Assembly (NCBI GenBank): GCA_049643885.1
Contig: JBARQV010000065.1
Coordinates: 1-60,096, forward strand
From: Candidatus Omnitrophota bacterium
Lineage (GTDB): Bacteria > Omnitrophota > Gorgyraeia > Tantalellales > Tantalellaceae
Direction: 5' to 3'
DNA: 60,096 bases
Part shown: positions 1-7,400 of the stretch, one piece after another
How positions within the stretch are numbered: position 1 is the first letter of the stretch
How the letters are laid out: each line of letters opens with the position of its first letter
The notes under the pieces: generated by a model
Databases searched by the model: none
Seen by the model: only the letters and a program-made list of their open reading frames with translations
Told to the model about the DNA's origin: nothing
Made by a program: the position numbers and the translations under genes

Positions 1-213
1 GAACCGTGCCCGCTCGGAAATTTAAAGCCCTGTACGGAACAGACCAGGCAATAAGAATCACGAGCTTTGTTGTTACTAGCGGATGATCAACCCTTCTGGA
101 GCGGGGCTTGAAATTTTTGAACGGGCACGGATCCCGAAAGGCGAAGCCTTGAGGGAGAGTGAAGGAATCTTCTCGTCGGTCGCGACTCATGCAGTATCTA
201 GCTCAGCAAAAAT

Positions 214-260
214 ATGTCATCCCGGGCAAGGCCGTAGGCCGAGACCCGGGATCACATAAT
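214..260 (-). repeat. REP-like extragenic palindrome, unit in inverted orientation
   Basis: ATGTCATCCCGGGCAAGGCC-GTA-GGCCGAGACCCGGGATCACATAAT folds on itself. Near-identical copies lie at 4509-4556 and 5159-5208. Its reverse complement shares termini with the units at 265-345, 5209-5261 and 39870-39920. Confidence 0.75.
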
Positions 261-264
261 ATTT

Positions 265-345
265 TTATTTGGTCCCGGATATTCGCCTTCCACCTTCGCT
301 AAAGCTACGGCGGACAGGTCGGCGAATTCCGGGATGACATATTTC
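265..345 (+). repeat. REP-like extragenic palindrome, long unit, head-to-head with 214-260
   Basis: TTATTTGGTCCCGGATATTCGCC...GGCGAATTCCGGGATGACATATTT. The arms CCCGGATATTCGCC and GGCGAATTCCGGG are complementary with one bulge. Together with 214-260 the outer ends are 12-bp inverted repeats ATGTCATCCCGG/CCGGGATGACAT. Confidence 0.7.
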
Positions 346-488
346 TTATTTCCTGCAGATTGATGAACGGGCGAGGCGAGTGAAGGGATCTTACCCCAGC
401 GCCCCCGTCCGACCCCTGAGCTCGCTGAATATCTGTGAGGAAAAAATCTGGGAAAACTTGTTTTTCTAGATTTTTGACGAACGGATAT

Positions 489-522
489 AAAAAAGCAACC
501 ACCTCTTGGTGGTTGCTTTTTT
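489..522 (-). terminator. Intrinsic terminator, bidirectional in form, downstream of tRNA-Gly
   Basis: AAAAAA-GCAACCACC-TCTT-GGTGGTTGC-TTTTTT: a perfect 9-bp GC-rich stem with a 4-nt loop and U-runs on both strands. It lies 36 nt 3' of the tRNA on the minus strand. Confidence 0.8.
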
Positions 523-557
523 GCCAAAATTTCTGGCGGCTTCTATTGTGGAAATTT

Positions 558-631
558 TGGAGCGAGTGAAGGGAATCGAACCCTCGTAGCCAGCTTGGGA
601 AGCTGGAACACTGCCACTGTGTTACACTCGC
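558..631 (-). tRNA. tRNA-Gly (anticodon CCC)
   Basis: The reverse complement reads GCGAGTG-TA-ACAC-AGTGGCA-GTGT-T-CCAGC-TTCCCAA-GCTGG-CTAC-GAGGG-TTCGATT-CCCTT-CACTCGC-T-CCA. This is a full cloverleaf with a 7-bp acceptor stem, GTTCGATT T-loop, discriminator U and encoded CCA. Confidence 0.92.
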
Positions 632-1530
632 TAAAACTTCGTCAGCTTCTCAAAGTGCCTGTATCTTCTATTAATATCTTTCATGGTCACTTTCAGTATC
701 CCCTCGGTGCTGAACTTCTCTACCGTGAAAGACGCCAGTATACTACCATACACTAAAGCTTTCCTCAAGACCGCATCGGTCACTCTCCCCGCTTTGGACA
801 GGTACCCTACCATTCCTCCCGCGAAGGTATCGCCTGCCCCTGTTGGATCGATGATCTTCTCAAGCAAATACGCCGGTACGATAAAGCGCAGTCCCTTTGA
901 AAAAAAGAGCGCCCCATGTTCCCCCTTCTTTATAACGATCATTTTCGCGCCTTTACCGGAAATATACCTTGCCGCGTCTATGAGGTTGCTTTCGCCTGAA
1001 AGCTGGCGGGCCTCCGCGTCGTTCAAAAGGAAAAGGTCCACTTTCTTTAAAAGTCTCAAAAGCGGCTTTCTTTTGTTTTGTATCCAGTGATTCATGGTAT
1101 CACAGGCGACAAGCCCGGTCGTCTTGACCTGGTGAAATATCCAGCTCTGGAGTTCAGGGTCGATGTTGGCAAGGAGCAGGTTGTCTTTAGGCGTCACGTT
1201 AGGAGGGATGACCGGTTTAAATCCCTCGAACACGTTCAAGTGGGTGCTGATAGTCTCGGCATAACTGAGATCATAATGGTATCTGGCCTTCCAGAAAAAG
1301 GTCTTCCCCTTTTTTTGTTCCAGCCCCGTGGTATCGATACTTCGTTTATTGAATATACTGTAATACTTTTGGGAAAAGTCACCGCCCACGACGCTTATGA
1401 TGTTGACCGGGGCGAAGAAAGAAGCGCTTAACGAAGCGTAGGTAGCCGAACCACCAAGGACCTTCTCCCGTTTTCCGAACGGGGTCTCTATGCCATCAAA
1501 CGCTACGGAGCCGATTATCGATACTTTCAC
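631..1530 (-). CDS. PfkB/ribokinase-family carbohydrate kinase
   Basis: 299-aa ORF with the C-terminal PfkB signature DPTGAGDTFAGGMVGYL and an N-terminal GG dipeptide region. Its start overlaps the thiC stop by 4 nt, indicating an operon. Confidence 0.8.
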   Translation of the reverse strand: MKVSIIGSVAFDGIETPFGKREKVLGGSATYASLSASFFAPVNIISVVGGDFSQKYYSIFNKRSIDTTGLEQKKGKTFFWKARYHYDLSYAETISTHLNVFEGFKPVIPPNVTPKDNLLLANIDPELQSWIFHQVKTTGLVACDTMNHWIQNKRKPLLRLLKKVDLFLLNDAEARQLSGESNLIDAARYISGKGAKMIVIKKGEHGALFFSKGLRFIVPAYLLEKIIDPTGAGDTFAGGMVGYLSKAGRVTDAVLRKALVYGSILASFTVEKFSTEGILKVTMKDINRRYRHFEKLTKF

Positions 1531-2795
1531 TTTTTCCTCCGGCCTGACTTAAGGGATTCTTCGGCGATCTTTATGGAGCAATATTCGCCGCACATCGTAC
1601 ACACATCTTCCTTCGGCGGATGGGATTCCTTCCTTAGATTCATAAGGTTCTCCGGGTCCAGTGAAAGAGCAAACTGCTTCTTCCAGTCCCTCCTTGCCCG
1701 GGCTTTTGATATCTCGATGTCCCTCTTTATGGCTGATGGAATGCCTTTTACGATATCGGCCGCGTGGGCCGCTATTTTCGAGGCCATAACGCCCATGCGA
1801 ACGTCCTCTATGCCGGGAAGGCGCAGATGCTCAGCGGGAGTCACATAACACAAAAAGTCCGCCCCGTGCCAGGCGGCTATAGCCCCGCCTATCGCCGATG
1901 TAATATGGTCATATCCCGCCGCGGCATCGGTTACCAGGGGGCCTAACACGTAAAAAGGAGCACCGTGGCAAATGGATTTTTCAAGTTTCACGTTGGTCTC
2001 GATCTGATCCAGGGGGACGTGACCCGGCCCTTCTATCATCACTTGAACGCCCGCGGCTAACGCCCTCTCCTGGAGCTTGCCGAGGATAATAAGTTCCTGT
2101 ATCTGCAACTGGTCGGTCGCGTCAGCGATCGCCCCCGGACGAAGACTGTCGCCCAGGCTCAGGGTCACATCATAGCGTTTGACAATATCCAGTATATCGT
2201 CAAACCTGGAAAAGAACGGGTTTTCCCTTTTATTTTTGACCATCCATGAAGTAATGAGCGCCCCTCCCCGGCTCACGATATTTATGATCCTGGGGTTCTT
2301 CTTTGCCAAACGGACCGCGTCCATGGTAATGCCCGCGTGGACCGTAAAAAAATCCACACCTTCTTCGGCTTGCTTCCGTATCACCTCGATAAAATCTTCT
2401 TCTTTCATCGAATAAAAAGACTTCCTGGGATCACAGGCTATCTCATATACCGGAACGGTCCCAAGCGGAACCGGACAATCGGCAAGTATCTTTTTCCGCA
2501 TCTTTTCCAGAAACGGCCCCGTCGAAAGGTCCATTACCGCGTCCGCACCCGCCCGGACAGCCTCATCCATCTTTTTAAGTTCAATACCGATGCTGGAGTG
2601 TCCCGGGGAAAGCCCCAGATTGGCGTTTACCTTTGTGGTCATGCCTTTGCCGATAGCGCACGGCCTGGCGATCCTGCGTTTGCTGTTCCCGGGAACGACG
2701 ATATGGCCTTGCCTCAAACCCTTCTTTATATCCGAGATAGAAGCGTCTTCTTTTTTTGCCGCTTTTCTGAGCAGTGTTTGGTCAATAGTTATCAT
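1527..2795 (-). CDS. thiC: Phosphomethylpyrimidine synthase ThiC (short radical-SAM form)
   Basis: 422 aa with VMIEGPGHVPL, DHITSAIGGA and the C-terminal cluster motif CTMCGEYCSIK typical of ThiC. Confidence 0.93.
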   Translation of the reverse strand: MITIDQTLLRKAAKKEDASISDIKKGLRQGHIVVPGNSKRRIARPCAIGKGMTTKVNANLGLSPGHSSIGIELKKMDEAVRAGADAVMDLSTGPFLEKMRKKILADCPVPLGTVPVYEIACDPRKSFYSMKEEDFIEVIRKQAEEGVDFFTVHAGITMDAVRLAKKNPRIINIVSRGGALITSWMVKNKRENPFFSRFDDILDIVKRYDVTLSLGDSLRPGAIADATDQLQIQELIILGKLQERALAAGVQVMIEGPGHVPLDQIETNVKLEKSICHGAPFYVLGPLVTDAAAGYDHITSAIGGAIAAWHGADFLCYVTPAEHLRLPGIEDVRMGVMASKIAAHAADIVKGIPSAIKRDIEISKARARRDWKKQFALSLDPENLMNLRKESHPPKEDVCTMCGEYCSIKIAEESLKSGRRKK

Positions 2796-2805
2796 TAGGT
2801 CACCT

Positions 2806-3462
2806 CTACAGGCTTACGCCGATAGTATCCATAATTTTTCTGAGTTTTTCTATTTTCTCGCGTGTATTCTTCTCCGCGATGCCGTAGCGGACAAAAGCGA
2901 CCGTTTTCACACCGCATCCGGCCAACTCCCGCGCGTTGCCGCTGTTTATTCCTCCTATAGCGACCACCGGTAAGGACGACTTTTCACATACTTCCCGTAA
3001 ACGGAACCGCGAAACCGTCTTAAGATAGGGTTTTAAAGGGGTCCTGTAGACCGGTCCGATGGATACATAATCAACATCTTTTTTCTTCAAAGACCGGATA
3101 TCCTCTATATCCCTTACTGTCCTACCGATTATAGCATTTTCCCCGAGTATCCGCCTGGCCAACCCGGCCGAAATATCACCTTTCCCCAGGTGGACACCGG
3201 AACAGCCCAGAGCAAGCACCATATCCGGGCGGTCATTTATTATTACCGGAAGATTTTTCGCCCTGCCGATCTCAGATATCCTCTTAGCAAGATCATAAAG
3301 AGAAGTATCCGAGACATCTTTAAACCTTAGCTGCACGGCGTCTACCGGGCTTTTGACCAGAGCAAGAAATTTACGGAAAAGATCTCGTCTGTCCGGGAAG
3401 AGGTCATCATCTAGAACGGCGTATATTTTCCAGCCCTTTAATAGCTTTTTTTTCGATATCAT
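2806..3462 (-). CDS. thiE: Thiamine-phosphate synthase ThiE catalytic domain
   Basis: TMP-TENI-like sequence (KIYAVLDD..., VQLRFKD, GVHLGKGD, IGPVYRTPLK, AIGGI). The start is taken at MISKKK (3462). The tracked ORF upstream of that Met has no homology signal. The frame is offset by one nt from ORF 3407-3838 across an A8 run. Confidence 0.85.
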   Translation of the reverse strand: MISKKKLLKGWKIYAVLDDDLFPDRRDLFRKFLALVKSPVDAVQLRFKDVSDTSLYDLAKRISEIGRAKNLPVIINDRPDMVLALGCSGVHLGKGDISAGLARRILGENAIIGRTVRDIEDIRSLKKKDVDYVSIGPVYRTPLKPYLKTVSRFRLREVCEKSSLPVVAIGGINSGNARELAGCGVKTVAFVRYGIAEKNTREKIEKLRKIMDTIGVSL

Positions 3463-3838
3463 AAACCCTGAACCTGAACCTCTTGAATTTTTGAGAAAGG
3501 TTCCGGTCAAACAGCTTGAAGACCTCTTCCATGACACGCATCGATTCTTTGGCCCTTTGAGTGTTCGCCAGAAAAAGGTCGACCAGGTTCTCCCTATCTT
3601 TTTCCGACTCGATGGAGCTTCTTCCCACGTCATCGATATCCCTGGATGATAGAAGCTCCTCGAGGTGCTTTTTCTGCAGGTCTTTTATGGCAGTAAACAC
3701 GTTATGCCTCAGGTTCTTCAACCTGCGCGTAAGGCTCTCGTCGTTGGTGGAAAACCTTATTATGTCTTCGCAGACGCGGATCGCCTCCATTGTCCTGTTT
3801 AAATTCGCGTCTATGATCCTGTATACGCCTTTATCCAT
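3407..3838 (-). CDS. ThiE-associated N-terminal helical domain protein, probably the 5' part of a fused thiE
   Basis: MDKGVYRIIDANLNRTMEAIRVCEDIIRF... is the motif I recall from the domain fused N-terminally to ThiE in many anaerobes (Pfam ThiD2, name from memory). The start is set at the Met at 3838 because upstream codons run through repeat element C. Confidence 0.6.
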   Translation of the reverse strand: MDKGVYRIIDANLNRTMEAIRVCEDIIRFSTNDESLTRRLKNLRHNVFTAIKDLQKKHLEELLSSRDIDDVGRSSIESEKDRENLVDLFLANTQRAKESMRVMEEVFKLFDRNLSQKFKRFRFRVYDIEKKAIKGLENIRRSR

Positions 3839-3859
3839 AATAGCCTCGTCGTCAGCAAT

Positions 3860-3953
3860 GGGCGGGTCCTGTCGCTCAGTGTCCTGCGCGCATCCGCATT
3901 TCATTTGTGCTGTGCTCGGACACCCTCGCGCCACCCGCCCTCACGGATCCAAA
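3860..3953 (+). repeat. Structured intergenic repeat 'element C', copy 1
   Basis: A 57-nt block (3867-3923) and a 28-nt block (3926-3953) are identical to 7272-7328 and 7331-7358. The outer arms GGGCGGGT and ACCCGCCC are complementary. The element ends in CACGGATCCAAA. Confidence 0.85.
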
Positions 3954-3992
3954 CTACAAACTACAAACCACAAGCTACTAACTACAAACTCT
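3951..3992 (+). repeat. Degenerate heptanucleotide tandem tract (AAACTAC)x6
   Basis: AAACTAC AAACTAC AAACCAC AAGCTAC TAACTAC AAACTCT, directly abutting element C. The same word family occurs inverted at 38892-38919. Confidence 0.8.
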
Positions 3993-4004
3993 ATTATCCA
4001 CCGT

Positions 4005-4478
4005 CTAAATTTTCTTTATCTTCTCGATCATTTCCGTTGTCGAGTAGCCCTCGATGTACGGGATAACCTGCACCTTTCCACCGCTGGACTTCACGTGGTC
4101 AGCCCCCACGATATCCTCTTCTTTCCAGTCCCCGCCCTTGAAAAGAACGCCGGGGGTCAGCGTCTTTATCAGGTGCTCAGGGGTATCTTCATCGAAAAGA
4201 GTAATAAAATCAACGCTTTCGAGGGCAGCCAGGACTTCTGTTCTGGCCTTTTCGTTATTGACAGGGCGGCTATCGCCTTTTATGCTTTTGACAGATCCGT
4301 CGCTGTTCACGCCCACCACGAGGAGATCACAATTACTACGGGCTTCTTCCAGGTATTTTATATGACCGAGGTGAAGGATATCAAAACAGCCGTTGGTAAA
4401 ACCGATCGTTTTGCCCGAGGCCTTTTCCTTTTTAATGATCCCGGCAAGTTCCTGCCAGCTCTTTATCTTAACATTCAA
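4005..4478 (-). CDS. rfaE2: D-glycero-beta-D-manno-heptose 1-phosphate adenylyltransferase (RfaE domain II type)
   Basis: 157 aa with the cytidylyltransferase motif GFTNGCFDILHLGHIKYL. It sits next to gmhA. Confidence 0.88.
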   Translation of the reverse strand: MNVKIKSWQELAGIIKKEKASGKTIGFTNGCFDILHLGHIKYLEEARSNCDLLVVGVNSDGSVKSIKGDSRPVNNEKARTEVLAALESVDFITLFDEDTPEHLIKTLTPGVLFKGGDWKEEDIVGADHVKSSGGKVQVIPYIEGYSTTEMIEKIKKI

Positions 4479-4508
4479 GATCTACCCTCTCGTATTGCGT
4501 ATGTTTGT

Positions 4509-4556
4509 ATGTCATCCCGGGCGAGGCCGCAGGCCGAGACCCGGGATCAAATAAAA
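4509..4556 (-). repeat. REP-like extragenic palindrome, single unit
   Basis: TATGTCATCCCGGGCGAGGCCGCAGGCCGAGACCCGGGATCAAATAAAAAT fills the gmhA-rfaE2 spacer. It matches the 214-260 unit. Confidence 0.75.
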
Positions 4557-4559
4557 ATA

Positions 4560-5129
4560 TTATATTCCTTCTTCAACGAGCTTGCACAAGGCGTGGATTA
4601 TCGTAACGTGGACTTCCTGGATACGCGCCGTATTCCCGCTTTTCACAACTATGGGGACATCAGCCAGGCCGGCCAGTTTTCCACCATCTTTGCCTGTAAG
4701 AGCAATGACCCGCGCTTTCTTGCCCCTGGCCGCCTTTGCCCCTTCGAGCACATTCGGTGAATTGCCGCTTGTCGAGATCGCCACTGCCACATCCCCTTCG
4801 ACCGCGAAGGCCTCGACCTGCCGGCTGAAAGTTCTGTCGAAACTGTAATCGTTGGACATCGCCGTCAACGTGGAACTGTTGGTATTCAGCGCTATGCACG
4901 GAAGGCTCTTCCTTTCCTTTTCGAACCTTACCAGGAGTTCGGCCGCCATATGCTGGCTGTCGGCGGCGCTCCCTCCGTTCCCGAACACTATGACTTTGCC
5001 GCCTCTTTCATAACACTCGATCAGGGCCTGCGCGGCTTCGGCGACTTTGCCCACGTTGAGATCATCGGCCAAAAAAACATTCTTGGCCGCGAGACTATCT
5101 TCAAATATTTTTTTTATCGTATCTTTCAT
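4560..5129 (-). CDS. gmhA: D-sedoheptulose-7-phosphate isomerase (SIS domain)
   Basis: 189 aa with GNGGSAADSQHMAAEL and ISTSGNSPNV SIS motifs. Confidence 0.88.
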   Translation of the reverse strand: MKDTIKKIFEDSLAAKNVFLADDLNVGKVAEAAQALIECYERGGKVIVFGNGGSAADSQHMAAELLVRFEKERKSLPCIALNTNSSTLTAMSNDYSFDRTFSRQVEAFAVEGDVAVAISTSGNSPNVLEGAKAARGKKARVIALTGKDGGKLAGLADVPIVVKSGNTARIQEVHVTIIHALCKLVEEGI

Positions 5130-5158
5130 TTCTGCCCTCTAGTATTGCGTATCGCGTT

Positions 5159-5208
5159 TATGTCATCCCGGGCGAGGCGTAAGCCGAGACCCGGGATCAC
5201 ATAATAAT
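5159..5208 (-). repeat. REP-like extragenic palindrome, unit in inverted orientation
   Basis: TATGTCATCCCGGGCGAGGCGTAAGCCGAGACCCGGGATCACATAATAAT. It is paired head-to-head with 5209-5261. Confidence 0.75.
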
Positions 5209-5261
5209 CTTATTTGGTCCCGGATAAACCTTCGCTTCGCTCAGGTTTTCCGGGATGACAT
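5209..5261 (+). repeat. REP-like extragenic palindrome, short unit
   Basis: CTTATTTGGTCCCGGATAAACCT-TCGCTTCGCTC-AGGTTTTCCGGGATGACAT. The termini match those of 265-345 and 39870-39920, but the hairpin core differs. Confidence 0.75.
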
Positions 5262-5265
5262 GCCC

Positions 5266-5862
5266 TCACGACATTTCCCGGAAAGGCACATGCGGAACGT
5301 GTTCTTCCTCCAAAACGCTTCCCGGCTCCATGGGTCCCTTGGCGATCTTGTTTATGTTCATCTTTATGTTTATTTTCTCTTCCACCCCGATCATGCCGCT
5401 CAATTTGTTTTTTACGGCCGCTTGCATCTTCTCGGTAACTTCGGGAATGTTGGCGCCGGGCAGGATAGCGACATCGCAAACTATGTTGATGCCTTTTCTG
5501 CTGGTGTTGACCCGTGATCGTACATCTTTTATCTCATCCATGCCGCCCGCGATCTTTTTGATGTATTCTTCTATCGCGGAAAGAGAGATCGTCACTTCAC
5601 CATCAGGATTCTGGAAAGCAATGATCCGTGAGCTCTGCAGCTTTCTTGCAACACGGAACGGCGCGGTTATGCCGATAAGAACGAAAAGGCCCCCGGCACA
5701 TCCCAGGGCGGCTTTCGCGTAAAGATTGACGTTTAAAGCGTTCAAGGCCCCGCTCCATTGCTCCGTTGAGACAATGCCTGCCGAAAGCAGAATGAACAAA
5801 GCTCCCGCGCATACTATTAATATCGCGTAGATCAAGACACCCAGTTTTTTAAAGAAAACCAT
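5266..5862 (-). CDS. Asp23/Gls24-family envelope stress protein with N-terminal membrane anchor (AmaP-like)
   Basis: Two N-terminal hydrophobic helices are followed by an Asp23-like core (GEVTISLSAIEEYIKKIAGGMDEIKDV...). It lies immediately downstream of accC, as yqhY does in Bacillus. Confidence 0.7.
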   Translation of the reverse strand: MVFFKKLGVLIYAILIVCAGALFILLSAGIVSTEQWSGALNALNVNLYAKAALGCAGGLFVLIGITAPFRVARKLQSSRIIAFQNPDGEVTISLSAIEEYIKKIAGGMDEIKDVRSRVNTSRKGINIVCDVAILPGANIPEVTEKMQAAVKNKLSGMIGVEEKINIKMNINKIAKGPMEPGSVLEEEHVPHVPFREMS

Positions 5863-5877
5863 AACTCCCCTCCCGTG

Positions 5878-7230
5878 TTATTTTTCTTCGGCCTTTTTGA
5901 AAAATTTGTCCACGAAATGCGTTGAGATCTCGCCTTTCTGAAAATCCGAATCGCTCATTACCTTCTTATGAAAATCGACAGTGGTCTTTATAGGCTCCAC
6001 CAGAAATTCTTCCAGCGCCCTTTGCATGGTCTTTATTGCTTCTTCCCTGGTCGGGCCGTGAACGATCAGCTTGGCGATCATGGAATCATAAAACGGCGAT
6101 ATTACGTATCCGGCATAAACATGGGTATCCACCCTGACGCCCAATCCCCCCGGTATATACAAAGCCGATATCTTTCCGGGACAGGGCCGGAAATCATTTT
6201 CAACATCTTCCGCGTTTATCCGGCATTCCATGGCGCACCCTTTAAATTTGATGTCTTCCTGTTTCATGGAAAGCTTATGCCCTGCAGCGATCCTTATCTG
6301 TTCTTTGACAAGATCCACACCGGTCACCATCTCCGTGACAGGATGCTCGACCTGGATACGGGTGTTCATTTCCATAAAATAGAACTTATCACCGTCGACC
6401 AAAAACTCTATCGTTCCCGCGCTCCTGTAATCGACAGCTTTAGCTCCCTTTACGGCCGCCTCCGCCATTTTTTTCCGCATCTTACTGCTGAGAGACGGGG
6501 CCGGTGATTCCTCTATGAGCTTCTGGTGGCGCCTCTGCACTGTGCAATCCCTTTCTCCCAGGTGGACTATATTCCCTTTTTCATCCGCGAGGATCTGGAA
6601 CTCCACGTGCCGCGGTTCGTCGATATATTTTTCAATGTAGACATCCGGGTTCCCGAAAGCGGCCTCGGCTTCGCTCCGGGCAGTCATGAAAGCGCTTACC
6701 AGCCTGACATCGTTATGGCATACTCTCATGCCCTTACCGCCGCCCCCGGCTGATGCTTTGATGATGACCGGGTAGCCTATTTTTTTTGCCTGTTTAAGGG
6801 CATCCTCTTTTGTCTTGACCACGTTACTTGAGCCGGGGATAACTGGGATCCCGGCTTTCTTCATTGTATCTTTCGCGGCCATCTTGTCGCCCATCAGCTT
6901 GATGTTCTCCGGGGTCGGGCCGATAAACTTTATCTGGCATGATTCGCATATCTCCGCAAAATGCGCATCTTCAGCGAGAAAACCGTAACCGGGATGTATA
7001 GCTTCGACATCGGTTATCTCCGCGGCGCTGATAAGGCTTGGGATGTTCAGGTAACTGGCACTAGCCATGGCTTTACCTATACAGATGGATTCATCAGCCA
7101 GCCTGACATGAAGCGAGCCGGCGTCCGCCTCCGAATAAACAGCCACGGTCTTTATCCCCATCTCCCGGCACGCGCGGATGATACGGAGAGCTATCTCCCC
7201 TCTATTTGCTATTAATATTTTTGAAAACAT
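5878..7230 (-). CDS. accC: Acetyl-CoA carboxylase biotin carboxylase subunit
   Basis: 450 aa starting [21 protein letters not shown], with an ATP-grasp GGGGKGMR motif and [14 protein letters not shown]. Confidence 0.97.
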   Translation of the reverse strand: MFSKILIANRGEIALRIIRACREMGIKTVAVYSEADAGSLHVRLADESICIGKAMASASYLNIPSLISAAEITDVEAIHPGYGFLAEDAHFAEICESCQIKFIGPTPENIKLMGDKMAAKDTMKKAGIPVIPGSSNVVKTKEDALKQAKKIGYPVIIKASAGGGGKGMRVCHNDVRLVSAFMTARSEAEAAFGNPDVYIEKYIDEPRHVEFQILADEKGNIVHLGERDCTVQRRHQKLIEESPAPSLSSKMRKKMAEAAVKGAKAVDYRSAGTIEFLVDGDKFYFMEMNTRIQVEHPVTEMVTGVDLVKEQIRIAAGHKLSMKQEDIKFKGCAMECRINAEDVENDFRPCPGKISALYIPGGLGVRVDTHVYAGYVISPFYDSMIAKLIVHGPTREEAIKTMQRALEEFLVEPIKTTVDFHKKVMSDSDFQKGEISTHFVDKFFKKAEEK

Positions 7231-7262
7231 GTCCTCGTCATTCGTGATTCGTACAGCATCCA

Positions 7263-7358
7263 GTGAGCGGATCCTGTCGCTCAGTGTCCTGCGCGCATCC
7301 GCATTTCATTTGTGCTGTGCTCGGACACTGTCGCGCCACCCGCCCTCACGGATCCAAA
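7263..7358 (+). repeat. Structured intergenic repeat 'element C', copy 2, inside the accB-accC spacer
   Basis: See 3860-3953. It differs from copy 1 only at the 5' arm (GTGAGCGGA versus GGGCGGG) and at 2 nt in the core (ACTGTC versus ACCCTC). In copy 2 the core change creates CAGTGTCC/GGACACTG pairing. Confidence 0.85.
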
Positions 7359-7400
7359 TTCCAGACAATACCAAATTTCCATACAAAGGTCATCAGAAAA

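Noticed and set aside
1-135. 9-bp inverted repeat CCGTGCCCG / CGGGCACGG spanning ~105 nt as a possible ncRNA
   Set aside because: No further pairing or known RNA motif (SRP, RNase P, 6S) was found. The region is truncated by the window edge, so the evidence is insufficient.
252-527. 91-aa and 65-aa minus-strand ORFs near the window start
   Set aside because: They read through the REP-like palindromes and the terminator stem. The peptide is Arg/Pro/Gly-rich nonsense, and the region is better explained as non-coding repeats.
631-1530. PfkB kinase as ThiD (HMP-P kinase) or as RfaE domain I heptose kinase
   Set aside because: Operon context with thiC and proximity to gmhA/rfaE2 made both tempting. 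However, the sequence carries the generic sugar-kinase DPTGAGD motif and neither the ThiD nor the RfaE-I hallmarks I recall, so it is left as a generic PfkB kinase.
3839-4004. TPP riboswitch upstream of the thi operon
   Set aside because: I looked on the minus strand for the CUGAGA ... ACCUGAUCUGGAUAAUGCCAGCG core. Only a fortuitous CUGAG inside element C is present, and the same element sits upstream of accC. No THI-box is identifiable by eye, though an Rfam scan would settle it.
3561-4760. 399-aa plus-strand ORF
   Set aside because: It runs antisense through thiE-N, rfaE2 and gmhA and across repeat element C. The translation is low-complexity (Ser/Arg/Phe-rich) with no motif. It is a shadow ORF of well-supported minus-strand genes.
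214-5261. CRISPR array hypothesis for the recurring CCCGGG palindromes
   Set aside because: The copies are scattered in separate spacers between genes, occur in both orientations, have unequal lengths and lack regularly sized unique spacers. No cas genes are present.
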